A DNA stretch of 55,705 nucleotides from Dehalococcoidia bacterium (GCA_003141235.1 PLLL01000014.1:1-55705); one strand, 5' to 3'; positions 9,499 to 19,424 are shown, counted from the first letter of the stretch. Numbers and translations: made by a program. The notes: generated from the sequence alone by a model not told the origin.

Positions 9499-9840
9499 CT
9501 ACTTAATGTCCGATGATGAAGCAAGGACATCGGCCTGCCCCGCGAGGAATGTCATCTGGGCTGTTTTCGCATCGGCAATGACGATAAACCTGACGCCGTC
9601 CAGGTAGGGTCTGCCACCCCAGTAATCTTCAAAGCAAATATAATCTACAAAAGTATCGGGCACGAAGGCCGAGAATTTGTAGGGGCCGGTGTCGACGGGG
9701 TGGGTCTTGGCCCAGTCCGCGCCATTAGCCTGGAACGCGGTCGGAGAGATCTGCAAACCGTTGGTACCTTCCAAACCGTTGAGTATGGTATTCCGGTAAG
9801 ATTGTGGATTAAATATAGTGGAGCCCCAGAAGATTACATG
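9499..9840 (-). pseudogene. Remnant of an ABC substrate-binding protein, family 5 (Opp/Dpp/Nik type), truncated at both ends
   Basis: The open frame 9840-9499 encodes only a central segment (THPVDTGPYKFSAFVPDTFVDYICFEDYWGGRPYLDGVRFIVIADAKTAQMTFLAGQADV). Full-length family members, as I recall them, are several-fold longer. There is no start, signal peptide or RBS. Confidence 0.55.
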
Positions 9841-10122
9841 TTACAAAACTAGCATCGCGTCACCTGTACTGATTATTCCACGGGAATTTGAAAAAACACA
9901 GGCTTCACCTTATTCAACGCGATACACTCTTTCCAGTTCATAATTCCGAGCCTATCAGGCTACCCCATAAAAGCTACCTCCCATGATAAAAATAGGGGGT
10001 AGGAATCTATCAATTGGTACTATCAACCTACATCCAGACCGGTACCGGCAGGTTAAAATATACCAAGGGCTAACTATAACTACACATGCCTCGTTTGCCG
10101 GAGGCGGAATGGATGTTTTCTT

Positions 10123-11046
10123 ATGGCGAAACAGTATACCAGTACTGAACCTAAACAGGACGAGTTTTCTAAAATCTTTAGCGATTACCGCGCCAAGATA
10201 GAGGAGATAACGCGCCGGACGGAAAAGAATCTCAACTCGATTGAAGCTAAACCTGTTGAAGTTCAGCCTATTGAAGCTAAGTTTATTGAAAACCAGGCTG
10301 ATGAAGACGAGCACATCGAGGTAGTGACCGCGCCGCCTCGGCCGGAAGCAGCCATTGACAGCAATATTCAGGCGCAGTTAGAAAACGTGTTTCTTCAAAA
10401 TATAGAACCTGCCTTCAAACCCGAAGTTGTTGAAAGCGCCGGTGAGATATTTGCAGGAATCACACTGATTCCCCGGAAGGAACCGGCCCAAAAACCCGAG
10501 GCCGTTAATACCCTGGTTGATGGCGTGCGGCCTGCCTTCGAGGGATCCGACGAAATTCTTAACCAGGCCAGGCGCGAGGCAAAGCAAATAATTGAAGAAG
10601 CGGAAGAAAGCGCAAAAAAGAAAGCCAGGAAAAGGACACAATCGCAGGTAGATAAATTCATCGAAAAAGCCAGGAAAGAGGCTGAAGAGATTATCGCCCG
10701 AGCTAACAAGGACGCCGAAACAGTCAGAAAGGACATTATTGCCGAATCAAAACATAAAGCCGATTTATTTATCACGGAAATCACGGATAAATGCCGTCAG
10801 GAGACCGAGGCGAAGTCATCTCAGGCTATAGCCGAGGCGCAGGGAAAAGCGGATAATATGCTGGCCGACATCTCCGGCAGCACTATGCAGATAGGAACGC
10901 ATATTACGGGAATCGTCAATAGAGCCAAGCAAACGATAAACGAACTGGAAACGACTCTACAAACGGAAGTTACCGAACTGAATAAGATTATCACCGAGAC
11001 GCAGAACAGGCTTGAAGAGGCCAGTAAAGCACTCAAAAAAGAATAA
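10123..11046 (+). CDS. Hypothetical coiled-coil protein (Lys/Glu/Ala-rich, ATP-synthase-b/DivIVA-like low-complexity helices)
   Basis: A 307-aa ORF. The C-terminal two-thirds is heptad-like charged sequence (ARREAKQIIEEAEESAKKKARKR...). The start codon is uncertain because no good RBS precedes 10123. Confidence 0.6.
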   Translation: MAKQYTSTEPKQDEFSKIFSDYRAKIEEITRRTEKNLNSIEAKPVEVQPIEAKFIENQADEDEHIEVVTAPPRPEAAIDSNIQAQLENVFLQNIEPAFKPEVVESAGEIFAGITLIPRKEPAQKPEAVNTLVDGVRPAFEGSDEILNQARREAKQIIEEAEESAKKKARKRTQSQVDKFIEKARKEAEEIIARANKDAETVRKDIIAESKHKADLFITEITDKCRQETEAKSSQAIAEAQGKADNMLADISGSTMQIGTHITGIVNRAKQTINELETTLQTEVTELNKIITETQNRLEEASKALKKE

Positions 11047-11054
11047 CTCTTTTT

Positions 11055-11552
11055 TTACTTGCCGTCAGCCCGGGCATTGTTTGATTCAGGCTGGTCCGGC
11101 GGTCTATCACGGGTTGTCACGAGAAATACCGGCACACGGGCCGCGTGGACTATTTCATCGGCGACACTGCCCCGTATCCAGTGATGAATCCCGGAGAACC
11201 CGTGCGTGGCCATGATAATCAGGTCAACATCGCTTTTACCGACATATCCGGCAATGGTTTTAGCCGGCTTGCCAATGGTTACGACCCGTTTTATCTTGAT
11301 GCGGCTGTCTTTAAACTGAGCGGCGATTTTGTCCAGGTATTTCGCGGCCAGACCGGCAGCGTCCTGCTCGATGTTCTCTTTATCCTCCGGCATCACCTGG
11401 GCTTCCAGCCCGCCCGCTATGCGGAAAGGTTCAACCGCACGCAGGAAAATAATCTCAATTACATCGGAGACCTGAATAAACCACTTTACATAGGGAAGCA
11501 CACATTCAGCCAGCTCCGAGCCATCCAGCGGGACCAGTATCTTCGTGTACAT
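11055..11552 (-). CDS. Universal stress protein (UspA family)
   Basis: KILVPLDGSELAE at the N-terminus and a ...GSVADEIVHAARVPVFLV C-terminal ATP-binding-type motif. Confidence 0.85.
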   Translation of the reverse strand: MYTKILVPLDGSELAECVLPYVKWFIQVSDVIEIIFLRAVEPFRIAGGLEAQVMPEDKENIEQDAAGLAAKYLDKIAAQFKDSRIKIKRVVTIGKPAKTIAGYVGKSDVDLIIMATHGFSGIHHWIRGSVADEIVHAARVPVFLVTTRDRPPDQPESNNARADGK

Positions 11553-11590
11553 ATGGCGTCCTCTCTGCTATTTTACACAATAATCCGGCG

Positions 11591-13441
11591 TTAATACAGT
11601 ACCCGGTCATCGCCGACGCGGCGGGTAATTTTCTCTTTATCCATATATTCCAGCAAGGCCTGAGCGTACTTGCGGCTCGTGCCGAACATATCCCTGACCT
11701 CACCCAGACCCACCTTGCCGCTTTCTTTGATTTTAACGGTGACTTTGGTCACCATCTCCTGATAAGCAAACGCGGAAAATACGATGCTGTCGCTGACCTT
11801 CACCGCTTTGCCCTGCGCCACGAGCATATTGACCAAGTCAGGTTCAGGTATAAATTCACCGGGCGGAGAGTAAGGATTTGCGGTCAAGGATTTTAAAAAG
11901 GCATCGATTTTCGCCTGCTGGGCCGGGGTCAGCCGAACTTGATGCGAAGGCAGGCGCAGAATACCGCCTTCTTCAACAATGACACCCTGGCGTTCAAGAT
12001 TCACCAGCGCCGCGGTAACATGACTCCCCAGCTTCAAGCGGCTGCCGAGTTCTACTTTCGGCATCCCGGAGCGGGCGGGAAATTTTTGATGATATTCCCC
12101 GAGCGCGGCCGTGACTTTACCGGCCAGGCGCGACCATCCGGCGGCGGTAAAAAGCAAACGGCGCTCGCCCTCGCCCGGGCCGGTGATTTTCCCTTCTTGA
12201 ATGAGCGATTCTATAGCAACTTGAGCCTTCTCCGCAGGTAAATTGGAAAGCGTTACCAGGGCGGTAAGCTCCAGCGGCTGTTTGGCCTCAAGTAAAGCCA
12301 GGATAGCATCTTCAGAAGTGCCACCTTCCCGCGCTTTCAGGTTCTCGATAATTTCCGGTCGGAAGCGCCGCAGTCTTTTGGCCTGCGCCTCGACAATGAC
12401 GCCGCCTCCCAATGTCTCCATCGGCGAGCGAATGATATACCGGTCACCTTTGATAGCGGCTACCGGTCTTTCCAGCACGAGCTGCGCCCAGGTAGAGTCG
12501 CCGGGATTAAGTTCATCCGCCTCCAGCAAGCGTACTTTAGCCATCGTTTCTGCCGCCAGCGTGTGAAAGCTGACCTCCGTACCGTGCCGCAGGGGGCGCT
12601 TGAGATAAGAAATCAGATTAAGCTTCACGGTCATCATCCGCGCCGGTGTCAGCCAGCCCGGAATGGTGACTACATCGCCGCGCTGCAGCTCCCCGGTGTT
12701 TATTCCCACCAGATTGGCGGCCACCCGGCTGCCGGGAGCGGCTGTCTCGATTTTCGATTTATGCGTTTGCAGACCGCGGAGGCGGGATTTAAGGCCGGAT
12801 GGGACGATTTCGACCTCCTGCCCCACCGTTAGCGAACCGTCTATTAAAGTGCCGGTGACTACCGTACCGGCGCCGGACATGGTAAAAATACGGTCGATGG
12901 GGAGGCGGGGACGTCCCAGGTCAGGTCTGGGTTCAGTGAGACTGAGCATTTTATCGATGGATGCCACCAGCTCCGGCAGTCCTTCGCCGGTTACTGCGGA
13001 AACGGCCATGACGGGCGACTGTGACAGCGCCGTGTCTTTTATCAGCTCCTCGACTTCCATCCTGACCAGACTTAAAATGTCGGCGTCTACCAGGTCTTTT
13101 TTGGTAATCGCCACTATCCCCCGCCGCACACCGATTAAGTCGAGAATGGACAGGTGTTCCCGGGTCTGCGGCATGACACCCTCATTAGCGGCGACGATAA
13201 GCAGGGCCAGGTCGATGCCGCCCACGCCAGCCAGCATGTTCTTGATAAAGCGTTCGTGCCCGGGGACATCGACGATGCCGACTTCACGCCCGGAGGGGAG
13301 CTTAAGCCAGGCAAAACCAAGCTCGATGGTCATGCCCCGCTCTTTCTCTTCACGCAGGCGGTCGGGGTCTATCCCGGTAAGAGCCTGAACCAACAACGAT
13401 TTGCCGTGGTCGATATGACCGGCCGTACCAAGTACGAACAT
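11591..13441 (-). CDS. selB: Selenocysteine-specific translation elongation factor SelB
   Basis: It has a GTPase G1 motif (GTAGHIDHGKS) and DVPGHERF, EF-Tu-like domains II/III, and a long winged-helix C-terminal extension. The protein is 616 aa. Confidence 0.9.
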   Translation of the reverse strand: MFVLGTAGHIDHGKSLLVQALTGIDPDRLREEKERGMTIELGFAWLKLPSGREVGIVDVPGHERFIKNMLAGVGGIDLALLIVAANEGVMPQTREHLSILDLIGVRRGIVAITKKDLVDADILSLVRMEVEELIKDTALSQSPVMAVSAVTGEGLPELVASIDKMLSLTEPRPDLGRPRLPIDRIFTMSGAGTVVTGTLIDGSLTVGQEVEIVPSGLKSRLRGLQTHKSKIETAAPGSRVAANLVGINTGELQRGDVVTIPGWLTPARMMTVKLNLISYLKRPLRHGTEVSFHTLAAETMAKVRLLEADELNPGDSTWAQLVLERPVAAIKGDRYIIRSPMETLGGGVIVEAQAKRLRRFRPEIIENLKAREGGTSEDAILALLEAKQPLELTALVTLSNLPAEKAQVAIESLIQEGKITGPGEGERRLLFTAAGWSRLAGKVTAALGEYHQKFPARSGMPKVELGSRLKLGSHVTAALVNLERQGVIVEEGGILRLPSHQVRLTPAQQAKIDAFLKSLTANPYSPPGEFIPEPDLVNMLVAQGKAVKVSDSIVFSAFAYQEMVTKVTVKIKESGKVGLGEVRDMFGTSRKYAQALLEYMDKEKITRRVGDDRVLY

Positions 13442-13564
13442 TTACTTAAATAAATCCCTCTCAATCTCCCTTTTCCAAAGGGAGAAGCTTTACGCTTACC
13501 CCTTTTCCCCTGGACTCGAATCCATCGCTCCACCTTTTTTTAAGGGGGACACAGCGTTATTTTG

Positions 13565-14740
13565 TTAATGGTGGAAAAGCCGCAGGCCGGAGAAGGCCAT
13601 CACCATGCCGTAAGCGTCACAGGCCTTGATGACGTCTGCGTCCCGTATCGAGCCGCCGGGCTGCACAACATAGCTGACGCCGCTCTCGCAAGCGCGGTCG
13701 ATAGTATCGCGGAAAGGCACCATGCCGTCAGAGCTTAAAGAAACACCCTTCAGCCCTTTAAGCCATTCCCGCTTCTGCTCGTAAGTAAGCTGGGGCGGGA
13801 CTTTTTCCAACGCCTCTTGCATGGTTTCTTTCTCGAAGGTGTTTATTCTCTCCTGGAGATACAGGTCAACGGCGTTGTTGCGGTCTGCCCGCGCGACTCC
13901 CTTACGCCACTTGAAGCCGAGAATAGTCGGATGCTGGCGCAGGAACCAGCGGTCGGCTTTTTCCGCCGCCAGACGCGTGCAGTGAATGCGCGACTGCTGG
14001 CCTGCCCCGATGCCGATGGCCTGGCCGTCTACCGCGAAGCCGATGGTATTGGATTGGGTATACTTGATGGTGGCGGTGCAAATAATAAGGTCGCGCACCG
14101 CATCGGCGGGAAATGCCTTCTTTTTAGTGACGACGTTTTTTAAGATATCCGCGGTCGGGATAGCGTTATTGCGTTTCTGCTCCAGCTGGATGCCGAAGAC
14201 TTCACGCGTTTCCGTCTCTTCCGGCGAGTAATCAGTGTCCATTTCCATCACCAGGTATTTGCCGCCTTTTTTGGCTTTAAGGATATCCAGCGCGGCTTTT
14301 TCGTATCCGGGGGCGATAACGCCGTCGGAGACTTCGCGGCTGATTAATTTGGCGGTCGGCACATCAACGATATCGCTTAGCGCCGCCATGTCGCCGTAGG
14401 AAGAAACGCGGTCGGCGCCACGCGCGCGGGCATAAGCCGCCATCAGGGGCGAGATTTCCATATCATCCACAAAATAAGCTTTCTTTAGCGTGTCATTCAG
14501 CGGCAGGCCAACCGCCGCTCCGGTCGGGCTGACATGCTTAAAAGATGCCGCCGCCGGCAGTTTTAAAACCTGTTTCAACTCCCTGACCAACTGCCACGAG
14601 TTGAGAGCATCGAGCATGTTGATATATCCCGGAGCGCCGTTCAGTACTTTGAAAGGCAGCGTGCCCTTTTTGGTATATATCCGGGCAGGTTTCTGATGGG
14701 GATTAAATCCGTACCGAAGAACAATCTCTTTTTCGCTCAC
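13565..14740 (-). CDS. AICAR transformylase-domain protein (PurH C-terminal domain only, no IMP cyclohydrolase/MGS domain)
   Basis: It starts at the AICARFT-typical LRYGFNPHQKPARIY and ends with the PurH-typical ...GLRLFHH. It is 391 aa. The GTG start follows GGAGA. Confidence 0.8.
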   Translation of the reverse strand: MSEKEIVLRYGFNPHQKPARIYTKKGTLPFKVLNGAPGYINMLDALNSWQLVRELKQVLKLPAAASFKHVSPTGAAVGLPLNDTLKKAYFVDDMEISPLMAAYARARGADRVSSYGDMAALSDIVDVPTAKLISREVSDGVIAPGYEKAALDILKAKKGGKYLVMEMDTDYSPEETETREVFGIQLEQKRNNAIPTADILKNVVTKKKAFPADAVRDLIICTATIKYTQSNTIGFAVDGQAIGIGAGQQSRIHCTRLAAEKADRWFLRQHPTILGFKWRKGVARADRNNAVDLYLQERINTFEKETMQEALEKVPPQLTYEQKREWLKGLKGVSLSSDGMVPFRDTIDRACESGVSYVVQPGGSIRDADVIKACDAYGMVMAFSGLRLFHH

Positions 14741-14785
14741 GTTAATATCTCCTATATTAATAAAGTATTTCTCTTAAAAACGTAC

Positions 14786-16150
14786 TTATTTCTGTTTTAT
14801 GGCTATTTCTTGAAGTGCTTGAACCACAATCTCGTCTTCTTCCGGCAGCACCGTACGCGGGTCGAGGAGCAGCCTATCTTTATCGATGCGGCCGATAACC
14901 GGCACGTCGCGCTGGCGTAATTTCCGGCTGATGGCCTGGATATTCTTACCACCGCTTATAGCTAAAAGCTTCGTGGGAAGACTTCCTCCCGGCAAGCTAC
15001 CGCCACCTACCATCGTCTCGCCCGGTATTACTTTAGCGCTGCCGCCGAGAGCCTGCGCCCATAAATCAGCCCTGCTCTCAATATCCTTCAGCGGCGCGGC
15101 GATCATGCGCCATACGGGGATTTTTGTCGTGGCTTCCCCTTTCAGATAGTGAGTTACGGTAGCTACCAGGCCGGCCAAACGGGTCTTGTCTATCCGCAAG
15201 GCCCGCGCCAGCGGATGTTTTTTCAATTTCTCTATGTATTGCTTTTGCCCTACGATTATCCCCGCCTGCGGCCCGCCCACGAGCTTATCGCCGGAGAAAA
15301 AGGTTAGCCCTGCGCCGTTGCTAACGCTTACCTGCACCATTGGCTCCGGAGCCAGTCCATAAACGGTCGTGTCCAAAAGACAGCCGCTGCCCACGTCGTC
15401 CATAACTATAACATCATGCTTCTTAGCGGTGGTTATCATCTCTTCTAATGTTGCTTCCGACGTAAATCCCACCAGGCGGAAGTTGCTGGAATGCACCCGC
15501 ATTAAGGCCGCCGTGCGGGGTGTTATCGCCTGCTCGTAGTCGGCGGCATAGGTGCGGTTGGTCGTCCCTACCTCCACCAACTTCGCCCCGCTCTGGCGCA
15601 TCACGTCCGGAATGCGGAAACCCCCACCTATTTCCACCGCCTGCCCGCGCGAGACAATCACTTCTTTCCTGTTCGCCAGGGCTGTTAGTCCTAAAAGAAC
15701 AGCCGCGGCGTTGTTGTTAACGACGAGCGCCGCCTCGGCGCCGGTGAGCCGGCATAAAAGACTCTCAATATGGACGTGGCGCGACCCTCTCGTGCCACTT
15801 TCCAAATCGAACTCCAGGTCGGCATAGCCCCGGCTGACGGCTTCCATAGCCGCCAGTGCCGCTTCGCTGAGCGGGGCACGGCCCAGGTTGGTATGGATGA
15901 TAACGCCGGAAGCGTTGACCACACGGCGCAGGCCCGGCTTTTCCAGCATCTCCAGCCAGTCCGTCACCGACGTCACAATATCGTCCAGGGAAGCGCAGGG
16001 ACGGCCGGCTAATATAGACTCACGTTCCTGCTCCAGGCGCTGTCGAATAATACCTACCAGCAACTCGTGAGGATAGCCCTCAAGGCGGCTGATGCGCTCA
16101 TCGGAAAGGACTTTGTCCACGGCAGGCAGGTTGCGGAACGAGGTCTTCAT
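14786..16150 (-). CDS. selA: L-seryl-tRNA(Sec) selenium transferase SelA
   Basis: It has the SelA N-terminus MKTSFRNLPAVDKVLSD and the PLP-lysine region FFSGDKLVGGPQAGIIVG. The start is set at ATG 16150; the 18 codons the track adds upstream have no family counterpart. Confidence 0.9.
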   Translation of the reverse strand: MKTSFRNLPAVDKVLSDERISRLEGYPHELLVGIIRQRLEQERESILAGRPCASLDDIVTSVTDWLEMLEKPGLRRVVNASGVIIHTNLGRAPLSEAALAAMEAVSRGYADLEFDLESGTRGSRHVHIESLLCRLTGAEAALVVNNNAAAVLLGLTALANRKEVIVSRGQAVEIGGGFRIPDVMRQSGAKLVEVGTTNRTYAADYEQAITPRTAALMRVHSSNFRLVGFTSEATLEEMITTAKKHDVIVMDDVGSGCLLDTTVYGLAPEPMVQVSVSNGAGLTFFSGDKLVGGPQAGIIVGQKQYIEKLKKHPLARALRIDKTRLAGLVATVTHYLKGEATTKIPVWRMIAAPLKDIESRADLWAQALGGSAKVIPGETMVGGGSLPGGSLPTKLLAISGGKNIQAISRKLRQRDVPVIGRIDKDRLLLDPRTVLPEEDEIVVQALQEIAIKQK

Positions 16151-16157
16151 CGAGACT

Positions 16158-16186
16158 ATTCTACACAATAAAAGACCGCAGTTCAA
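16158..16186 (-). promoter_or_regulatory. Putative promoter giving a leaderless or near-leaderless selA mRNA
   Basis: On the minus strand: TTGAAC (16186-16181), a 17-nt spacer, TAGAAT (16163-16158), then only 7 nt before ATG 16150. There is no SD sequence. Confidence 0.35.
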
Positions 16187-16328
16187 AGTTGACATCAAAT
16201 ACAAGCAATGTTAAACTTAATATTGTTTACTACTTTAGTCAACTATATTGTCGAGCAGATAACATACATTATAAAAGAAATAAGGTATAATAGAACACTG
16301 GTAATTTAGTGAATCAGGAACAGCTTTG

Positions 16329-17045
16329 ATGTTCAAAACGCTGAGAGAAGACATCCAGACAGTATTTGATAAAGACCCGGCCGCCCGGAGCGTGCTGGAG
16401 GTTTTAACCTGCTACCCAGGGCTGCATGCCCTGTGGATGCACCGCAAGGCGCACTGGTTATGGCATCACAACTTGAAGCTGGTAGGCCGTATCCTGTCCC
16501 ATATCAACCGTTTTCTCACGGGCATTGAAATCCACCCCGGCGCAACAATCGGCCGCCGCTTCTTCATCGATCACGGCGCCGGTGTCCTCATCGGCGAAAC
16601 GGCGGAGATAGGCAATGACGTCCTGATGTACGGAGGCGTGGTGCTGGGCGGCACTACCCTGGAGAAAAAGAAACGGCACCCTACTCTGGGTAACGGCGTC
16701 GAGATGGGCACCGGGGCGATAGCGCTCGGCCCGATTACCATCGGTGATGGGGCCAGAATAGGCGCCGGTTCGGTCGTAATCAAATCGGTACCGCCGGGAG
16801 TGACCGTCGTCGGTATACCCGGCCGCATCGTCACCAAAACGGAAAAGCCGTCCATGGACCTGCAACACGGCCGCCTGCCCGATCCGGTGGCCGAGGCCAT
16901 TCGGCTGGTACTGAAAGACCAGCAGCAACTCGAGGAACGCCTGGAAAGGCTGGAAAAAGCCAGCGGCATACCTATCACCCGCGACGAGTTGGAAGAAGAA
17001 AAAAAGGTTGTTGAAAAAGATTTCTCCGAGGGCGAGGAGAAATAA
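16329..17045 (+). CDS. cysE: Serine O-acetyltransferase CysE (with acidic coiled C-terminal tail)
   Basis: It has a SATase N-terminal motif ([24 protein letters not shown]) and a hexapeptide-repeat left-handed beta-helix region. Confidence 0.85.
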   Translation: MFKTLREDIQTVFDKDPAARSVLEVLTCYPGLHALWMHRKAHWLWHHNLKLVGRILSHINRFLTGIEIHPGATIGRRFFIDHGAGVLIGETAEIGNDVLMYGGVVLGGTTLEKKKRHPTLGNGVEMGTGAIALGPITIGDGARIGAGSVVIKSVPPGVTVVGIPGRIVTKTEKPSMDLQHGRLPDPVAEAIRLVLKDQQQLEERLERLEKASGIPITRDELEEEKKVVEKDFSEGEEK

Positions 17046-17191
17046 GTAATTTGTAGTTAGTAGTTCGGTGGAATGATTATCCAAATTACAAACTACCCAA
17101 ACCCACAATAAGTACAAATACCCGGCAATTCGTGCCTGGTAATTTGGGAATTACCTAAGCGCAGAGATTTAACCGAGGATCAGAAAAAAAC

Positions 17192-18247
17192 ATGAAAATA
17201 ATTATCGCCATGAGCGGCGGGGTAGATTCCTCTGTAGCCGCCGCCCTGCTTAAAGAAGAGGGGCATGAGGTCAGCGGCATGACCATGCAGCTCATGCCGC
17301 GAAACGAAAGCGCCTGCGGCGGTCTTGATGCTATCGAAGATGCGAAAAAAGTAGCCCATCAACTTGGAATACCCCACTACGTTATCGATTTCCGGGATAT
17401 CTTTGCCCGCACCGTTATTGACGATTTCTGCCAGGAATACAGCCTGGGCCGGACGCCGAATCCATGTGTCCTGTGCAATAAACTCATTAAGTTCGGGGCG
17501 CTGTGGGAAAAGGCGGCGGAGATGGGCGCCGATTTTATCGCCACCGGCCATTACGCCTGTATCGAGCGAAGTGAGAATCAAATATATCTTAAGAAAGGCG
17601 TTGATACGAAGAAAGATCAGTCGTATTTTCTCTGCCGTCTAACCCGTGAGCAGTTGAGCCATACGCTATTCCCCATCGGCGGCCTCACCAAGACAAAGGT
17701 AAGGCAAATCGCCCGGGAAATGGGACTGCCCACGGCCGCCCGGCCGGAAAGCCAGGAAATCTGCTTTATCCCTGACGATGACTATGCAGGGTTCCTCAAA
17801 GGCTATCTAAAGCAGTCATCACAACCGGGCCCGATAATGGATGAGCAAGGAAATATCCTGGGAGAACACCAGGGCATTACGGCTTACACTATCGGACAGC
17901 GACATGGACTGGGCATCGCTACCGCGGAACCCTTATACGTGACCGCTATCGCGCCCGACCGCAACGCCGTCATCGTCGGTACGAAAGCGGAGACCTACGG
18001 TACAGAGCTGGTGGCCGGGAACCTAAACTGGATAGCATCACAAAAGCCCGACTATACGATTAACGTCAAAGCTAAAGTCAGGTATCGTCACCCGGAGGCT
18101 GAAGCCACCATAGCCCCCTTAGATAATAACGAGATTTTTATTAAGTTTACTGCGCCGCAGATGGCCATCACTCCCGGCCAGACCATCGCTTTTTATGATG
18201 GCGATACCATCATCGGCGGCGGCACGATAATCAGACAAGGAAGGTAA
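17192..18247 (+). CDS. mnmA: tRNA-specific 2-thiouridylase MnmA
   Basis: It has the PP-loop AMSGGVDSSVAA and the catalytic Cys region (NPCVLCN), and is 351 aa. Confidence 0.9.
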   Translation: MKIIIAMSGGVDSSVAAALLKEEGHEVSGMTMQLMPRNESACGGLDAIEDAKKVAHQLGIPHYVIDFRDIFARTVIDDFCQEYSLGRTPNPCVLCNKLIKFGALWEKAAEMGADFIATGHYACIERSENQIYLKKGVDTKKDQSYFLCRLTREQLSHTLFPIGGLTKTKVRQIAREMGLPTAARPESQEICFIPDDDYAGFLKGYLKQSSQPGPIMDEQGNILGEHQGITAYTIGQRHGLGIATAEPLYVTAIAPDRNAVIVGTKAETYGTELVAGNLNWIASQKPDYTINVKAKVRYRHPEAEATIAPLDNNEIFIKFTAPQMAITPGQTIAFYDGDTIIGGGTIIRQGR

Positions 18248-18249
18248 CT

Positions 18250-18714
18250 ATGACCACAGTCATCGCGGTTTGCACGAGTGAAAAAAAGGGCACAACCAAG
18301 AAACCCGTGCCTGAAATAAGTTTAAAAGAAGGGTTCGGCGTTGTCGGCGACGCTCATGCCGATTGCGCTACACACCGCCAGGTAAGCCTGCTGGCTGAAG
18401 AAAGCATCGATAAAATGCGCGCCAAGGGCTTTGAATTAAAATCGGGCGACTTCGCCGAGAATATTACCACGCGCGGTATCGAGCTTACCTCCCTGCCCAT
18501 CGGCACGCAGCTACAGGTGGGTAAAGAAGTCATTTTGGAAATGACGCAGATAGGCAAGGAATGCCACGCCGGCTGTGCGATTCGCAACCTGGTGGGCGAC
18601 TGCATCATGCCGCGGGAAGGCGTTTTTACGCGGGTGATTAAAGGCGGGCGCGTTAAAGCCGGCGATACGATAACCGTAAATAAAGGCAAAGCCGAAAAAA
18701 CAGCTGGTAAATAA
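18250..18714 (+). CDS. MOSC domain-containing protein
   Basis: A 154-aa MOSC-like beta-barrel sequence (GVVGDAHAD...HRQVSLLAEESI...GDFAENITTRGIEL). The start lies 2 nt after the mnmA stop. Confidence 0.75.
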   Translation: MTTVIAVCTSEKKGTTKKPVPEISLKEGFGVVGDAHADCATHRQVSLLAEESIDKMRAKGFELKSGDFAENITTRGIELTSLPIGTQLQVGKEVILEMTQIGKECHAGCAIRNLVGDCIMPREGVFTRVIKGGRVKAGDTITVNKGKAEKTAGK

Positions 18715-18722
18715 ATTTTCTT

Positions 18723-19424
18723 ATGGAAAGTAAAATCCTTAAAAAAGTCGATTTCATTCTGGCTAATTGCGAATTTTTGCGTGCTAGCGAAAGAATCGTT
18801 AAAGAGACTACGCTGACGATTAACGTCAACGGAAAGCACTTTGCCATAGCGATGATACTGGCCACGCTGGAAAAAGAGTTCGTCATCGGTAATCTTTATA
18901 CGCAAGGCATCATCCAGAGCGCCGCTGACATTACCTCGTTGACCGTGAAAAACAATATCGCCGAGGTGACGCTATCAGAAAACAAGCCCCGGAGTGAAAA
19001 ACAGCAAACTATAGCATCCGGACTTAAAGTACGCCACGAAGATGTTTTTAAATGCGTCCGGGCGATATTAAAATCAGAGGTATTCACCGAAACGGAAGCG
19101 GTACACTCCGCAGGGCTGTTTTTCGACGGCAAGGATGCCGTCTGTATCGCCGAAGACCTGGGCCGCCATAATGCCCTGGATAAGGTCATCGGGCGGGGGT
19201 TTTTACAGGGTATCGATTTCAGCCGTGCGCTGGCCTCTTCCACGGGCCGGCAGCCTTCCGAGATGATTTATAAGTGCCTCCACGCCGGCATCCCAATTAT
19301 AGCCACCAAGGGCGTACCCACCACGCTGGCTATAGAAATCGCTGAGAAAGCCGGGATAACCATCGCTGGTCTGGTCAGGGGCAACGCTATGACCGTCTAC
19401 TCTCATCCGGAGAGGATAGTATAA
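18723..19424 (+). CDS. FdhD/NarQ-family protein, short paralogue 1
   Basis: It has the FdhD signature EDLGRHNALDKVIG and a C-terminal ...TKGVPTTLAIEIAEKAGITIAGLVRGNAMTVYSHPERI. The cysteine loop region is absent. Confidence 0.75.
   Translation: MESKILKKVDFILANCEFLRASERIVKETTLTINVNGKHFAIAMILATLEKEFVIGNLYTQGIIQSAADITSLTVKNNIAEVTLSENKPRSEKQQTIASGLKVRHEDVFKCVRAILKSEVFTETEAVHSAGLFFDGKDAVCIAEDLGRHNALDKVIGRGFLQGIDFSRALASSTGRQPSEMIYKCLHAGIPIIATKGVPTTLAIEIAEKAGITIAGLVRGNAMTVYSHPERIV

Noticed and set aside
9955-10314. 119-aa minus-strand ORF and 72-aa + strand ORF (9983-10201) upstream of and overlapping the coiled-coil gene
   Set aside because: There is no RBS or domain signal. One is repetitive (FNRLNFNRFSFNR), reflecting the antisense of the IEAK repeat DNA.
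11939-13453. Several + strand ORFs (11939-12241, 12243-12566, 12563-12832, 12663-13388, 13154-13453) lying inside selB
   Set aside because: They are antisense to a full-length, motif-rich SelB. Their Arg/Ser/Pro-rich composition is typical of the reverse frame of a GC-rich gene, and they have no RBS.
13505-13540. tRNA-like T-arm (GGACTCGAATCC) between purH-like and selB as a tRNA fragment or att site
   Set aside because: The flanking bases do not form a T-stem or acceptor stem. The similarity is limited to the TCGAATCC word.
16458-17117. 219-aa and 135-aa minus-strand ORFs overlapping cysE
   Set aside because: They are antisense shadow ORFs, and the CysE homology on the + strand explains the region.
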